NCBI GenBank assembly: GCA_021776635.1
Contig: JAJFFN010000038.1
Location: 87,990 to 151,989 of the forward strand
From: Robiginitomaculum sp.
GTDB taxonomy: Bacteria > Pseudomonadota > Alphaproteobacteria > Caulobacterales > Maricaulaceae
Direction of reading: 5' to 3'
Length of the DNA stretch: 64,000 nt
The translations under genes were made by a program, and so were the position numbers. Below the pieces are notes generated by a model. That model did no database searches and was not told the origin of the DNA. It was given only the letters and a program-made list of their open reading frames with translations. Below are positions 1 to 8,298 of this stretch, one piece after another (position 1 is the stretch's first letter; the number at the start of each line of letters is the position of its first letter).

Positions 1-162
1 CGCTCTTGCGACCTTGCGTAGCAACGTAGCTGGCTAGAAATCAGAAGTGCACAAGAGGTGCGCCCCCCATCGAGCGCCAAGAGGCGCCCATTTCCCCCTG
101 GCCCCCTTGGAAGTCCCTTTTTAGGAAAAAATGGAGGAAGGAGACAATTAAATACTCAAAAT

Positions 163-193
163 CCGCTCACCCCTGTGTATGCAGGGGTCTATC
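163..193 (+). repeat. REP-like palindrome copy 1 (CCGCTCA-CCCCTG-N6-CAGGGG-TCTATC)
   Basis: ccgctcacccctgtgtatgcaggggtctatc; internal hairpin; 30/31 identical to the reverse complement of 584-614. Confidence 0.9.
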
Positions 194-237
194 TGGTGCT
201 GCATTTTGCCTCTTGCAGTCAGAACAAAAAAGTGTAT

Positions 238-252
238 GTTCTTTTAATGTTC
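238..252 (+). promoter_or_regulatory. Putative alphaproteobacterial LexA (SOS) box GTTC-N7-GTTC
   Basis: GTTC ttttaat GTTC overlapping the ATG at 247. Confidence 0.7.
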
Positions 253-588
253 TATACATACATTTGTACAAATAAACCACGTGGTACGCTTTATACGGGG
301 CATACCGATGATTTGTCCGCACGGATGGAACAGCATAAACAGAAAATATTCGACGGCTTCACGGCAAAATACGGCTGTGATAAACTGGTCTGGTTCAACC
401 CGTTTCCCAGTCGCAATACGGCTTATAAAAAAGAAAGGCAAATCAAGAAATGGAAACGGTCATATAAATTAAACGTCATTGAGTTGGAAAATCCGTATTG
501 GCTAGATATTCACGAGCAACCAGTTTGGCCGCCTGTGCAAGGGCATTTACCTGTTCCTCCTTCGTGTAATCTTGCACCCCGGCGATAG
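247..588 (+). CDS. Small stand-alone GIY-YIG nuclease family protein
   Basis: FYTYIC...LYTGHTDDLSARMEQHK...AYKKERQIKKWKR keeps the Tyr/Gly/Arg/His/Glu pattern of the family; ATG 247 preferred over the ORF start at 58. Confidence 0.88.
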   Translation: MFYTYICTNKPRGTLYTGHTDDLSARMEQHKQKIFDGFTAKYGCDKLVWFNPFPSRNTAYKKERQIKKWKRSYKLNVIELENPYWLDIHEQPVWPPVQGHLPVPPSCNLAPRR

Positions 589-614
589 ACCCCTGCATAC
601 ACAGGGGTGAGAGG
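584..614 (-). repeat. REP-like palindrome copy 2 (inverted), contains the nuclease stop codon
   Basis: gatagacccctgcatacacaggggtgagagg. Confidence 0.9.
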
Positions 615-656
615 TGTGGGGGTGTTTTTGGCCACTTACCGCCAATCCTAACCTTT

Positions 657-748
657 CCGCTCATACCTGCGCATGCAGGTATCCATCGCAGGAGTTCGTG
701 TTTTCAAATAACTCAAGGATAGACCCCTGTATGCACAGGGGTGAGCGG
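657..748. repeat. REP doublet (REPIN-like): copies 3 (657-687) and 4 (718-748, inverted) around a 30-bp spacer
   Basis: ccgctcatacctgcgcatgcaggtatccatc ... gatagacccctgtatgcacaggggtgagcgg; compensatory changes in the stem of copy 3. Confidence 0.88.
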
Positions 749-761
749 GTGTGTGATGGAT

Positions 762-1340
762 TTATGGTTTGAATTTGGCAGGTTCGTTCCAAGTATATGT
801 TTGCTCAGTGATTTCGTTTATAAAGTCAAACATTTTGTCTGGAGGGTTGAATTTTTCCGCCAGAGATTTGGAATGTTTTTTCATAAATTTTATCCCTTTT
901 TTTGTAAGGTGATAGTCTTGATGGTCACTTGCAACTAAAAACCCATGGAAAGTCCATTCAATCAAGCCTAAACTTTCAAGACGTTTAATTCGGGAGTTGT
1001 TAGTAAGTAACCCAGCCTTCTTCCCTGGTACCTAATGTAACAGCAACATAATTGCCTGCTCACTGTCTACCAACTCTTCAACCTTTGGAAGTTTTCCTAA
1101 ACTAAATTTGAAAATACGCTGTTTAGTTTTGAGAAATAAGGATAAGATCAATATGATAAGAGAAGCTAAGAAAACCAAGCGAATAATTTGCAACCAATCA
1201 CTAGGTAAAGTATCCAATTTAGCTAATTTCAGCATATTTTCTGGTAGGTAAGCAAGTAATGCTGTAAATAAAGATATTCCTATCAAAAAAGGAACTGGTG
1301 GTAAAATTTTACCTATGCGATCAAATAGTTTATTTTCCAT
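762..1340 (-). pseudogene. SieB-like (superinfection exclusion B family) membrane protein gene interrupted by an in-frame TAG at 1032-1034
   Basis: ORFs 1032..1340 and 762..965 share a frame, open between them; two N-terminal TM helices (LLAYLPENML...WLQIIRLVFLAS) then a winged-helix-like part (SEQAIMLLL...IKRLESLGLIE...YHLTKKG). Confidence 0.6.
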
Positions 1341-1363
1341 ACTTTTTCTTTTTTTCCTATTCC

Positions 1364-2515
1364 TTAAATCACCTTAATATCCTTATGCGCTGCGTCCGGA
1401 TCGAAGTGTCCCTTAACGCCAGGGGCGGGGAGGTCTATCATGCGTTGTACTGCGAGCCTTGCCTTCTTCGCTATGCGTTTGGGGACTTTAACTTCGTGTT
1501 TTTCGTCGCGTAGGCATTCGTATATATTTTGAAGCGTGATGCGTTTCATGTGGGGGCATAGGTTACACGGGCGCACAAAGTCTACATCCGGGTTGGCCAT
1601 GGCGACATTATCGGACATGGAGCATTCAGTTAGGAGGACTACGTTTTTGGGTTTGTTGTCCGACACATAATCGGTCATGGCTTTCGTGGAGCCGGTAAAA
1701 TCGCTCTGACGCACCACATCCGGTGGGCATTCTGGATGGGCGAGCACCACAACACCCGGCCAGCGTTCGCGCATTTCGATAATATCATCGGCGTTAAACC
1801 GTGCATGAACCTCACAGCGCCCATGCCACGCAATAACCTCGACGCCCGTCATATTGGCGACATTTTTGGCTAAGTATTCGTCCGGTGCCATGATGACTTT
1901 CGGAACCCCCAAACTCTCGACCACTTGCACGGCGTTTGAGCTGGTGCAGCAAATGTCAGTTTCGGCTTTGACGTCGGCTGTGGTATTTACATAGGTGACG
2001 ACTGGAATTTTGGGGTATTTTTGCTTGATAAGTTTAACATCTTCGCCAGTTATAGAAGAGGCGAGGGAGCACCCGGCGCGCATGGACGGTATCAGGACTT
2101 TCTTGTCAGGGCACAGAATTTTGCTGGTCTCGGCCATGAAATGCACACCGGCTTGCACGATAATGTCGGCGTCTGTTTTGGTGGCTTCGATAGCAAGGCC
2201 CAAACTGTCGCCTTTGAAATCACCAACCAAAGCATAGATATCCGGTGTCATATAATTATGAGCGAGAACGACCGCGTTCTTTTCTTTTTTGAGCTTGTTT
2301 ATAGCGTGGACAAGCGGCGCATAGGCGGGCCATTCAAACTTTGGGATGAAGTCTTTGACCTCTTCGTACATGTGATCAACGGCAGATTTCACCTCGTCGG
2401 TATAAGCAAGTTCTCCGCTCTCAATTTTTTGGGGAAGGGCGCAAACACCGTTCTCGACCTCAAGCGTCTGTCCGATCCAGCGACCATTTTCCCAATTGTT
2501 CAAAGCTTCCGACAT
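1364..2515 (-). CDS. nadA: Quinolinate synthase A
   Basis: LAHNYM, GDSLGLA, AGVHFMAETSKIL, GCSLA, YVNT, CTSSNA, AHPEC, CPHMK motifs. Confidence 0.97.
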   Translation of the reverse strand: MSEALNNWENGRWIGQTLEVENGVCALPQKIESGELAYTDEVKSAVDHMYEEVKDFIPKFEWPAYAPLVHAINKLKKEKNAVVLAHNYMTPDIYALVGDFKGDSLGLAIEATKTDADIIVQAGVHFMAETSKILCPDKKVLIPSMRAGCSLASSITGEDVKLIKQKYPKIPVVTYVNTTADVKAETDICCTSSNAVQVVESLGVPKVIMAPDEYLAKNVANMTGVEVIAWHGRCEVHARFNADDIIEMRERWPGVVVLAHPECPPDVVRQSDFTGSTKAMTDYVSDNKPKNVVLLTECSMSDNVAMANPDVDFVRPCNLCPHMKRITLQNIYECLRDEKHEVKVPKRIAKKARLAVQRMIDLPAPGVKGHFDPDAAHKDIKVI

Positions 2516-2541
2516 TATGCTCTCCGTTATGTACCAATCCC

Positions 2542-2628
2542 GTAGGGTGGATTAGCCTCTTGGCGTAATCCACTATGCAGTGGAACTCTCAAGATGGAAT
2601 ACGCGCAAAAAACACTAATCCACCCTAT
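2542..2628. repeat. GTAG-type REP doublet (REPIN-like)
   Basis: gtagggtggattag...gtaatccac at 2542-2573 and a degenerate inverted copy ending ctaatccaccctat at 2628. Confidence 0.75.
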
Positions 2629-2672
2629 AAACCACTTACTATATAAGGGTGGACGTCGGATTTCCAAAGCTA

Positions 2673-3029
2673 TTATTGCTGTTCAGTTTGATAATGTGGG
2701 TTCAAGTTGAGCTTTGCGTACAGATTGGGATTATTAAATAGAAATAATGCCAATAAACATGTCGAGAAACCAAAGAGTGATATTGTCGCAAACAACGCAA
2801 TTAATTTTTTTGACCTATTTTTTACGACGTAGCAATTGATAGCGCCGAAAACAAATGCCGGAAAGCCAAAGAAAGGTGCTGCGATGATAACGAAAAGTAA
2901 TTCCCCAGTACCATAGTGAAGATTGTCAACTGGCATTTGGTTGAAGAAAACGCCGGAAACCATCATTAGAGAAAGCAAGCCAAACACAACTGTAAGAGTG
3001 AAAAACAATTGTTGTAGCTTTCGTTTCAT
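2673..3029 (-). CDS. Hypothetical membrane protein (about 3 TM segments)
   Basis: 118-aa ORF with three hydrophobic stretches. Confidence 0.65.
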   Translation of the reverse strand: MKRKLQQLFFTLTVVFGLLSLMMVSGVFFNQMPVDNLHYGTGELLFVIIAAPFFGFPAFVFGAINCYVVKNRSKKLIALFATISLFGFSTCLLALFLFNNPNLYAKLNLNPHYQTEQQ

Positions 3030-3061
3030 ATGGCACTCTTAGAATTAATTTACTACGCAGG

Positions 3062-3640
3062 TTATGACAATTCTGTAAATCTTTGCAGGTATAGTTTTTT
3101 TGCGTCAACCACAGACAGAGGCGCGATTTTAATGCGGATATCGCCCGGCGGCTTGGTAAAGAACTCATTGGCTTCGTCGACCGTAAAGCCTGCTATTTGC
3201 ACGGCTTCAAAATACGCACAATATATGTCGCAAGTTTTGATAGCTTTTTTTAGCCGCTTGGAAGGATGTGGCGGCAGTCCAAACCGTAAATGCACGGCTT
3301 GTTCAATCCTATCTTCGAAGTCCGTATAGTCAATACCGAGCGCCGATTTGAAGGGTGATATCATATCACCGACCACATATTCCGCCGCGTCGTGCAACAA
3401 CGCCATAAGCTTGTCTTCGCGGGATGCGTTTGGATTAAGGATGGAAAATAATTTCTCGACCACAACAGAATGCTCGGCCACAGAAAACGCATGTGGCCCG
3501 CTAGTCTGCCCATTCCACCGCGCCACTCGTGCTAGTCCGTGGGCGATATCTTCGATTTCAATGTCAAACGGGCTAGGGTCAAGCAGGTCGAGCCTGCGAC
3601 CGGATAACATCCGTTGCCATGCGCGTGGAGTTGGAGTCAT
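3062..3640 (-). CDS. HD-domain phosphohydrolase (YfbR/YfdR-like)
   Basis: RAWQRMLSGRRLDLLDP, DIAHGLARVARWNGQT, SVAEHS, LLHDAAEY; start set at ATG 3640 behind AGGAA. Confidence 0.9.
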   Translation of the reverse strand: MTPTPRAWQRMLSGRRLDLLDPSPFDIEIEDIAHGLARVARWNGQTSGPHAFSVAEHSVVVEKLFSILNPNASREDKLMALLHDAAEYVVGDMISPFKSALGIDYTDFEDRIEQAVHLRFGLPPHPSKRLKKAIKTCDIYCAYFEAVQIAGFTVDEANEFFTKPPGDIRIKIAPLSVVDAKKLYLQRFTELS

Positions 3641-3725
3641 AGTGTTCCTGTTAATGACGACACGTAATGTATCGTTTTTCTTGACAATTGGATTTATTTT
3701 CAATATATTTCATTTAATCATTATG

Positions 3726-3770
3726 GAAAAGGTCACTGAAAGGGTTCGTCCTTAAGTGGCCTTTTCTTTT
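3726..3770 (+). terminator. Terminator-like hairpin with UUCG loop and U-tract
   Basis: gaaaaggtcact...agggTTCGtcct...agtggccttttc tttt. Confidence 0.55.
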
Positions 3771-3778
3771 GTTTACTG

Positions 3779-4285
3779 CTATCTTTTCAATTTATGTATC
3801 ATATCGGACATAAAAGATACATTGCCCTGCGCGTCTCTTTTTAAGAAGCTGGAAGTTTGACTGACATTGGCGGGAGATAGCACCGCTTTGAATTTTCCCT
3901 TTCTTTGCCAATATTGAATGATGGGGTAAAAATCTCCATCTGCAGAGACCAAAAGGGCTTGATCATAATCATCTATTGTATCTATGGCATGAAGGGTTAA
4001 ATTGACATCTATATTCCCTTTGATGCTACCATCAGGTAATGTAGCAACATCTTTGAACTGCAAGATAAATCCTGCTTGTTGGATGATTGCGTATAAGTGT
4101 TGATTTCTTGGAACATATCCTATGAAATAAAATGCATCGGTCACGCCGTGCTTGTCTTTTAGATATATGCGTAATTTATTTAGGTCCAATTGCCAGCCCT
4201 GGGATTGAGTTGCTTGGAACACATTTTGGGCATCAATAAAAGCATGCACTCTTGCCCTTTTTGAATGATGTGACTTGCGTCGCAT
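3779..4285 (-). CDS. NYN domain (LabA/DUF88, PIN-like) ribonuclease family protein
   Basis: AFIDAQNV, KGNIDVNL, LVSADGDF acidic motifs. Confidence 0.9.
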   Translation of the reverse strand: MRRKSHHSKRARVHAFIDAQNVFQATQSQGWQLDLNKLRIYLKDKHGVTDAFYFIGYVPRNQHLYAIIQQAGFILQFKDVATLPDGSIKGNIDVNLTLHAIDTIDDYDQALLVSADGDFYPIIQYWQRKGKFKAVLSPANVSQTSSFLKRDAQGNVSFMSDMIHKLKR

Positions 4286-5413
4286 CTAAGTCTTGCGTAC
4301 CACAACAACACCTGCGCTATAGCCTGCGCCGAAGGAACAGATTAACCCTGTGTCGCCAGCTTCAAAATCATCAGAGTGTTTATCAAATGCGATGATGGAG
4401 CCTGCGGAACTGGTATTGGCATATTCGTCCAAAACCACAGGTGCCATGTCCATGTCTACGTCTTTGCCCATGACTTTTTTGGCTATTAGCGTGTTCATGG
4501 ATAGATTGGCCTGGTGAAGCCACATGCGTTTAATTTGATTGGTAGATATGCCTGAGTTGTCGAGTTCTTCGGTAATAAGTGATGCCACTAAAGGCACTAC
4601 TTCCTTAAACACTTTTCTTCCATTTTGAATAAATAATTTGTCGTCATTACCGATACCTTCGGGTGCTGCATTGTTGAGAAAGCCGAAATTATTGCGAATA
4701 TTGTTGGAGAACTGTGTGGCGAGTTTCGAGCCAAGGATTTTCCATGCGCCTGCTGGCGCGATGCTATCGGCCTCAACAAGAATTGCAGTTGCCACATCGC
4801 CGAATATGAAATGGCTATCGCGGTCTTTGAAATTTAGATGCGCAGAACACATTTCGGGGTTACACACCAATACAGATTTGGCTTGTCCACCTGCGATGAG
4901 ACCCCGCGCAGTTTCGATGCCGAATGTTGCACTGGAGCAGGCGACATTCATATCAAAAGCAAAACCTCCAGTTTTTCCACCTGTGCCGAGCGCGTCTTGG
5001 ACTTCGATTGCTATGGCAGGGTAAGCGCGTTGCAAATTAGAGCAGGCAACAATGACGGCATCAATGTCTTCGGGTTGACGACCGGTTTTTGCAAGCGCAT
5101 CTTTGGCCGCCGCCACAGAAATTTCTGCTAAAATAGATATTTCGTCATTTGGACGTTCAGGGATGCGCGGCGCCATGATATCCGGGTTGAGAATTGGGGC
5201 TTTGGATATCACATAACGTGATTTGATACCCGACGCCTTTTCGACAAACTCAGCGGAAGAGAGGGGTTTGGCCTCTTTAGTTCCAGCCGCGATAGCATCG
5301 CTATGCTCTGCATTCCACTTGTTAGACCAAGCATTAAAGGCTACCACCAATTCTTCGTTGCTAATAGAATCTTTTGGCGTCCACAAACCTGTGGCACTAA
5401 TTACAGACGTCAT
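4286..5413 (-). CDS. Beta-ketoacyl-ACP synthase III (FabH-like, long type)
   Basis: DMNVACSS, LHQAN, YANTSSAG, CSFGAG. Confidence 0.93.
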   Translation of the reverse strand: MTSVISATGLWTPKDSISNEELVVAFNAWSNKWNAEHSDAIAAGTKEAKPLSSAEFVEKASGIKSRYVISKAPILNPDIMAPRIPERPNDEISILAEISVAAAKDALAKTGRQPEDIDAVIVACSNLQRAYPAIAIEVQDALGTGGKTGGFAFDMNVACSSATFGIETARGLIAGGQAKSVLVCNPEMCSAHLNFKDRDSHFIFGDVATAILVEADSIAPAGAWKILGSKLATQFSNNIRNNFGFLNNAAPEGIGNDDKLFIQNGRKVFKEVVPLVASLITEELDNSGISTNQIKRMWLHQANLSMNTLIAKKVMGKDVDMDMAPVVLDEYANTSSAGSIIAFDKHSDDFEAGDTGLICSFGAGYSAGVVVVRKT

Positions 5414-5486
5414 GCTAGGTTCCCCATGTTTTTGTATCCGGTTCTTTTAACAGGAAACGCCCCCCGTTCCAGTCAAATATTTGTGT

Positions 5487-6074
5487 TTATTCGCAACAAT
5501 TTTTATAACAGTGACAATCTGTAGAATGGTCATTGACCATACCGACGGCTTGCATAAACGCATATATGATAACGGGGCCTACGAATTTGAAGCCGCGTTT
5601 TTTAAGGTCTTTGGCCATGGCAATGCTCTCTTTGCTCTCTACTGGCGCGTCTTTAAACTCAGCCCAACTATTTTTGATTTGTTTGCCGCCTACAAAACCC
5701 CAGAGATATTCTGAGAAATCAATATCTTCTTCGTCGCGCATTTTAATAAAGATTTGCGCGTTTGATATGGCGGCATTAATTTTAAGTTTCGAGCGGATAA
5801 TGCCCGCATTGTTCATCAGACGTTCGCGGTCTTTGTCGGTGTAATGGGCGATAATATCCGGGTCGAGGCCGTCGAATGCTTCTAGAATGTCTTCGCGTTT
5901 GCGCAATATAGTAATCCAAGCCAATCCGGCCTGCATGCCGTCTTGGATGAGTTTTGAAAACAGCGACTTGCTGTCTTTATTGGGGATGCCCCATTCCGTG
6001 TCGTGGTAATGACAATATAGCTCGTCGGTGGGTGGTACCCATCCGCATCTTGGGAGGTTAGGGTTATGGCTCAT
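5487..6074 (-). CDS. tag: DNA-3-methyladenine glycosylase I
   Basis: RCGW, YHDTEWG, QAGLAW, GFKFVGP, GMVNDH..DC; ATG 6074 overlaps the upstream TGA. Confidence 0.95.
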   Translation of the reverse strand: MSHNPNLPRCGWVPPTDELYCHYHDTEWGIPNKDSKSLFSKLIQDGMQAGLAWITILRKREDILEAFDGLDPDIIAHYTDKDRERLMNNAGIIRSKLKINAAISNAQIFIKMRDEEDIDFSEYLWGFVGGKQIKNSWAEFKDAPVESKESIAMAKDLKKRGFKFVGPVIIYAFMQAVGMVNDHSTDCHCYKNCCE

Positions 6075-6874
6075 AATTTCGCTCCAGTATTTCGCTCCAG
6101 TATTTCGCAAACTATATCGTTAACCAACACAGCTTCATTTGCTGCTGCCAATCGGTCAAGTCGTACCAGAGCTATTCCACTATCATTTCTGATATGGAGA
6201 AGCGTACCAACCGTCCGTCCGCCAGATTTGAGCGAATCGCCTGCTTTGGCCGTCTTTTGTGCTGTATTTGACAATTTTACGGTGCGCATACGCTTGCGGA
6301 CTTCGGTCTTGCGGTGCATGCGCGAAACGACTTCTTGGCCGATGAAGCAGCCTTTTTTGTAGTCAACACCGTTTAAGATATCCATATTGGCATCGGCAGG
6401 GAACATCTGTTCAGTGCCAAAATCCCATGTACTGTCCGGGATGCCGAGGGCGAGGCGGTGCCAATCATAATCTTCGGGTGTTTGCTCTGGAGACAGGCTA
6501 TCTACTTTTGTGAGTAATCTTTGCCCGAGTTTTGGGTGGCGTGGGTCCGCCCGCCCGACTTCACCATGCCCATCCCACAATACATAAACATCAAAATTAT
6601 CGCTAATATCTTCAATATCTATATTGGCGCGCAATTTGTACATTTTAAGGCGCAAAGCCAAAATTTTGCCAAATTTTTCAGATGTTTCCAGCACAAAGCT
6701 ATCATCAACAAGATGATGAACAAAGAAATCTGCTATAATTTTACCTTGCGGCGTTAATAGAGCTGCAAAGGTCAAGTTGCTATTTAGAGAATTGGTAATC
6801 AGGCCGTTTAGAAACCCGTGAGCATCATCGCCCTTTAGGGAAAGTATGGTGCGGTCAAGACGACAAACAGGCAT
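6071..6874 (-). CDS. ygfZ: YgfZ/GcvT-family folate-binding protein
   Basis: LLTPQGKI and KGCFIGQEVVSRM signature. Confidence 0.92.
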   Translation of the reverse strand: MPVCRLDRTILSLKGDDAHGFLNGLITNSLNSNLTFAALLTPQGKIIADFFVHHLVDDSFVLETSEKFGKILALRLKMYKLRANIDIEDISDNFDVYVLWDGHGEVGRADPRHPKLGQRLLTKVDSLSPEQTPEDYDWHRLALGIPDSTWDFGTEQMFPADANMDILNGVDYKKGCFIGQEVVSRMHRKTEVRKRMRTVKLSNTAQKTAKAGDSLKSGGRTVGTLLHIRNDSGIALVRLDRLAAANEAVLVNDIVCEILERNTGAKL

Positions 6875-6880
6875 AATTGC

Positions 6881-7048
6881 CTACTTAATTTTACCTTCTT
6901 TGAAATCCACATGCTTGCGAACTACGGGGTCGTATTTTTTCTTGACCATTTTGTCAGTCATTGTACGCGCATTTTTTTTAGTAACATAGAAAAACCCGGT
7001 TCCAGCAGTGGAGTTTAGGCGGATTTTAACGGTGGTTGGCTTCGCCAT
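6881..7048 (-). CDS. rpmG: 50S ribosomal protein L33 (below the ORF-track size cut-off)
   Basis: Manual translation [62 protein letters not shown] upstream. Confidence 0.97.
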   Translation of the reverse strand: MAKPTTVKIRLNSTAGTGFFYVTKKNARTMTDKMVKKKYDPVVRKHVDFKEGKIK

Positions 7049-7107
7049 GATGTCGTCCTTAAGTATTGAAATCTGAAGCGCGGAACATACTTACGAATTT
7101 CCGGGTG

Positions 7108-8298
7108 TCAACGCCTAAAACGCCCTATGTTTAAACGCAGAGTTGCGACGACCAATCCTATCAATCCTAATCCTGCCATAGTCCACATAAATCCTTGTGG
7201 GCTATAGATATCCATCATTTTACCTGCAAGGGGTGGTATGATCAGTGAGCCAATACCGTAGGCGACAATAAATCCAGCGTTAGCTGCAGAAAGTTGATGC
7301 CCTTTAAAACGTTCGCCGAGTTGCACAAGGCCGACAGTATAAAGCGCAGTCGTCAGGCCGACATAAAAGAACGCCAATATAGCAAGTGCCCAAAAATTAC
7401 TACCCATTAAACTCATAGCAAGTGGGCCTATAAAGGCGACACTCATCAATATTACGGTCAAAAGTTTCCGGTTCATTTTATCGGCAAGTACACCCATAGG
7501 AAATTGGAACAATGCATTGCCCACAGCTGCGATCAACAACAAGACACGCGCAGCATGCTCAGTATGACCTAGTCTCGTATCATATACCGGTAGAAAATAA
7601 ATAATACTTTGCTCGATAGCACCAAAGACAACGGCGCATATCATAATCGTCGGCGCGGCAAGCATAATTTTAAACATCACACTAAACCGTGCATCTTCTT
7701 TCGTAGTCGGCTTAATGCTTTCGGCTCGCCTAAAGACGAAAAAAGGAATAACGGAGCAAAAATTTATGCTCGCACAAATAATAAATGGCCACCAACCATC
7801 TATTCCGGTAAGAACGGCTAGTCCACTTCCTATACCCATGCCGCCGGCAAGCGCAGCACCGTACAAACCCATAATACGTCCACGTAAATATTCAGGCGCA
7901 AGCTGATTTATCCAAATTTCTGAGATAACGAAAACAATGGTAAAAGCACAAGATGCTAAGAATTTTATGACAAACCAAGCTGCGGGGGACATGAAAATCT
8001 TTAGAGCAGGGATGGTTGCTGTCCCAAGGAGCAAGCAAGCTATGAGGACAGAGCGCGGGGCAAAAAGGCTCATCAATTTGGGCACAAATGGTGTTGCAAG
8101 AATGGTCGCAACTGCTGCGAGAGAAATGAGCCAGCCAAGAACTAGACCGGAAGCGGTCATGCGCTCTAGGTGTTGACTAATAAGAGGTGAAGATAGCCCC
8201 CAAGCCAAAGCAATAAGGCCGGTGCAAATAATCGCGGTGATAATGCCTTGTTTTTGCGGCCTTGTCATTTTTGTAGGTGTGGTCAGACTTCTGGTCAT
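7108..8298 (-). CDS. MFS transporter (YcaD-like)
   Basis: About 12 TM segments, EIWINQLAP..RGRIMGLY, QFPMGVLADKMNR. Confidence 0.9.
   Translation of the reverse strand: MTRSLTTPTKMTRPQKQGIITAIICTGLIALAWGLSSPLISQHLERMTASGLVLGWLISLAAVATILATPFVPKLMSLFAPRSVLIACLLLGTATIPALKIFMSPAAWFVIKFLASCAFTIVFVISEIWINQLAPEYLRGRIMGLYGAALAGGMGIGSGLAVLTGIDGWWPFIICASINFCSVIPFFVFRRAESIKPTTKEDARFSVMFKIMLAAPTIMICAVVFGAIEQSIIYFLPVYDTRLGHTEHAARVLLLIAAVGNALFQFPMGVLADKMNRKLLTVILMSVAFIGPLAMSLMGSNFWALAILAFFYVGLTTALYTVGLVQLGERFKGHQLSAANAGFIVAYGIGSLIIPPLAGKMMDIYSPQGFMWTMAGLGLIGLVVATLRLNIGRFRR

Noticed and set aside
58..246. N-terminal extension of the GIY-YIG ORF
   Set aside because: It runs through repeat and promoter sequence; family similarity begins at Met 247.
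163..748. Possible CRISPR array or classical IS
   Set aside because: Repeats alternate in orientation with irregular spacing; there is no DDE or HUH transposase and no evident target duplication.
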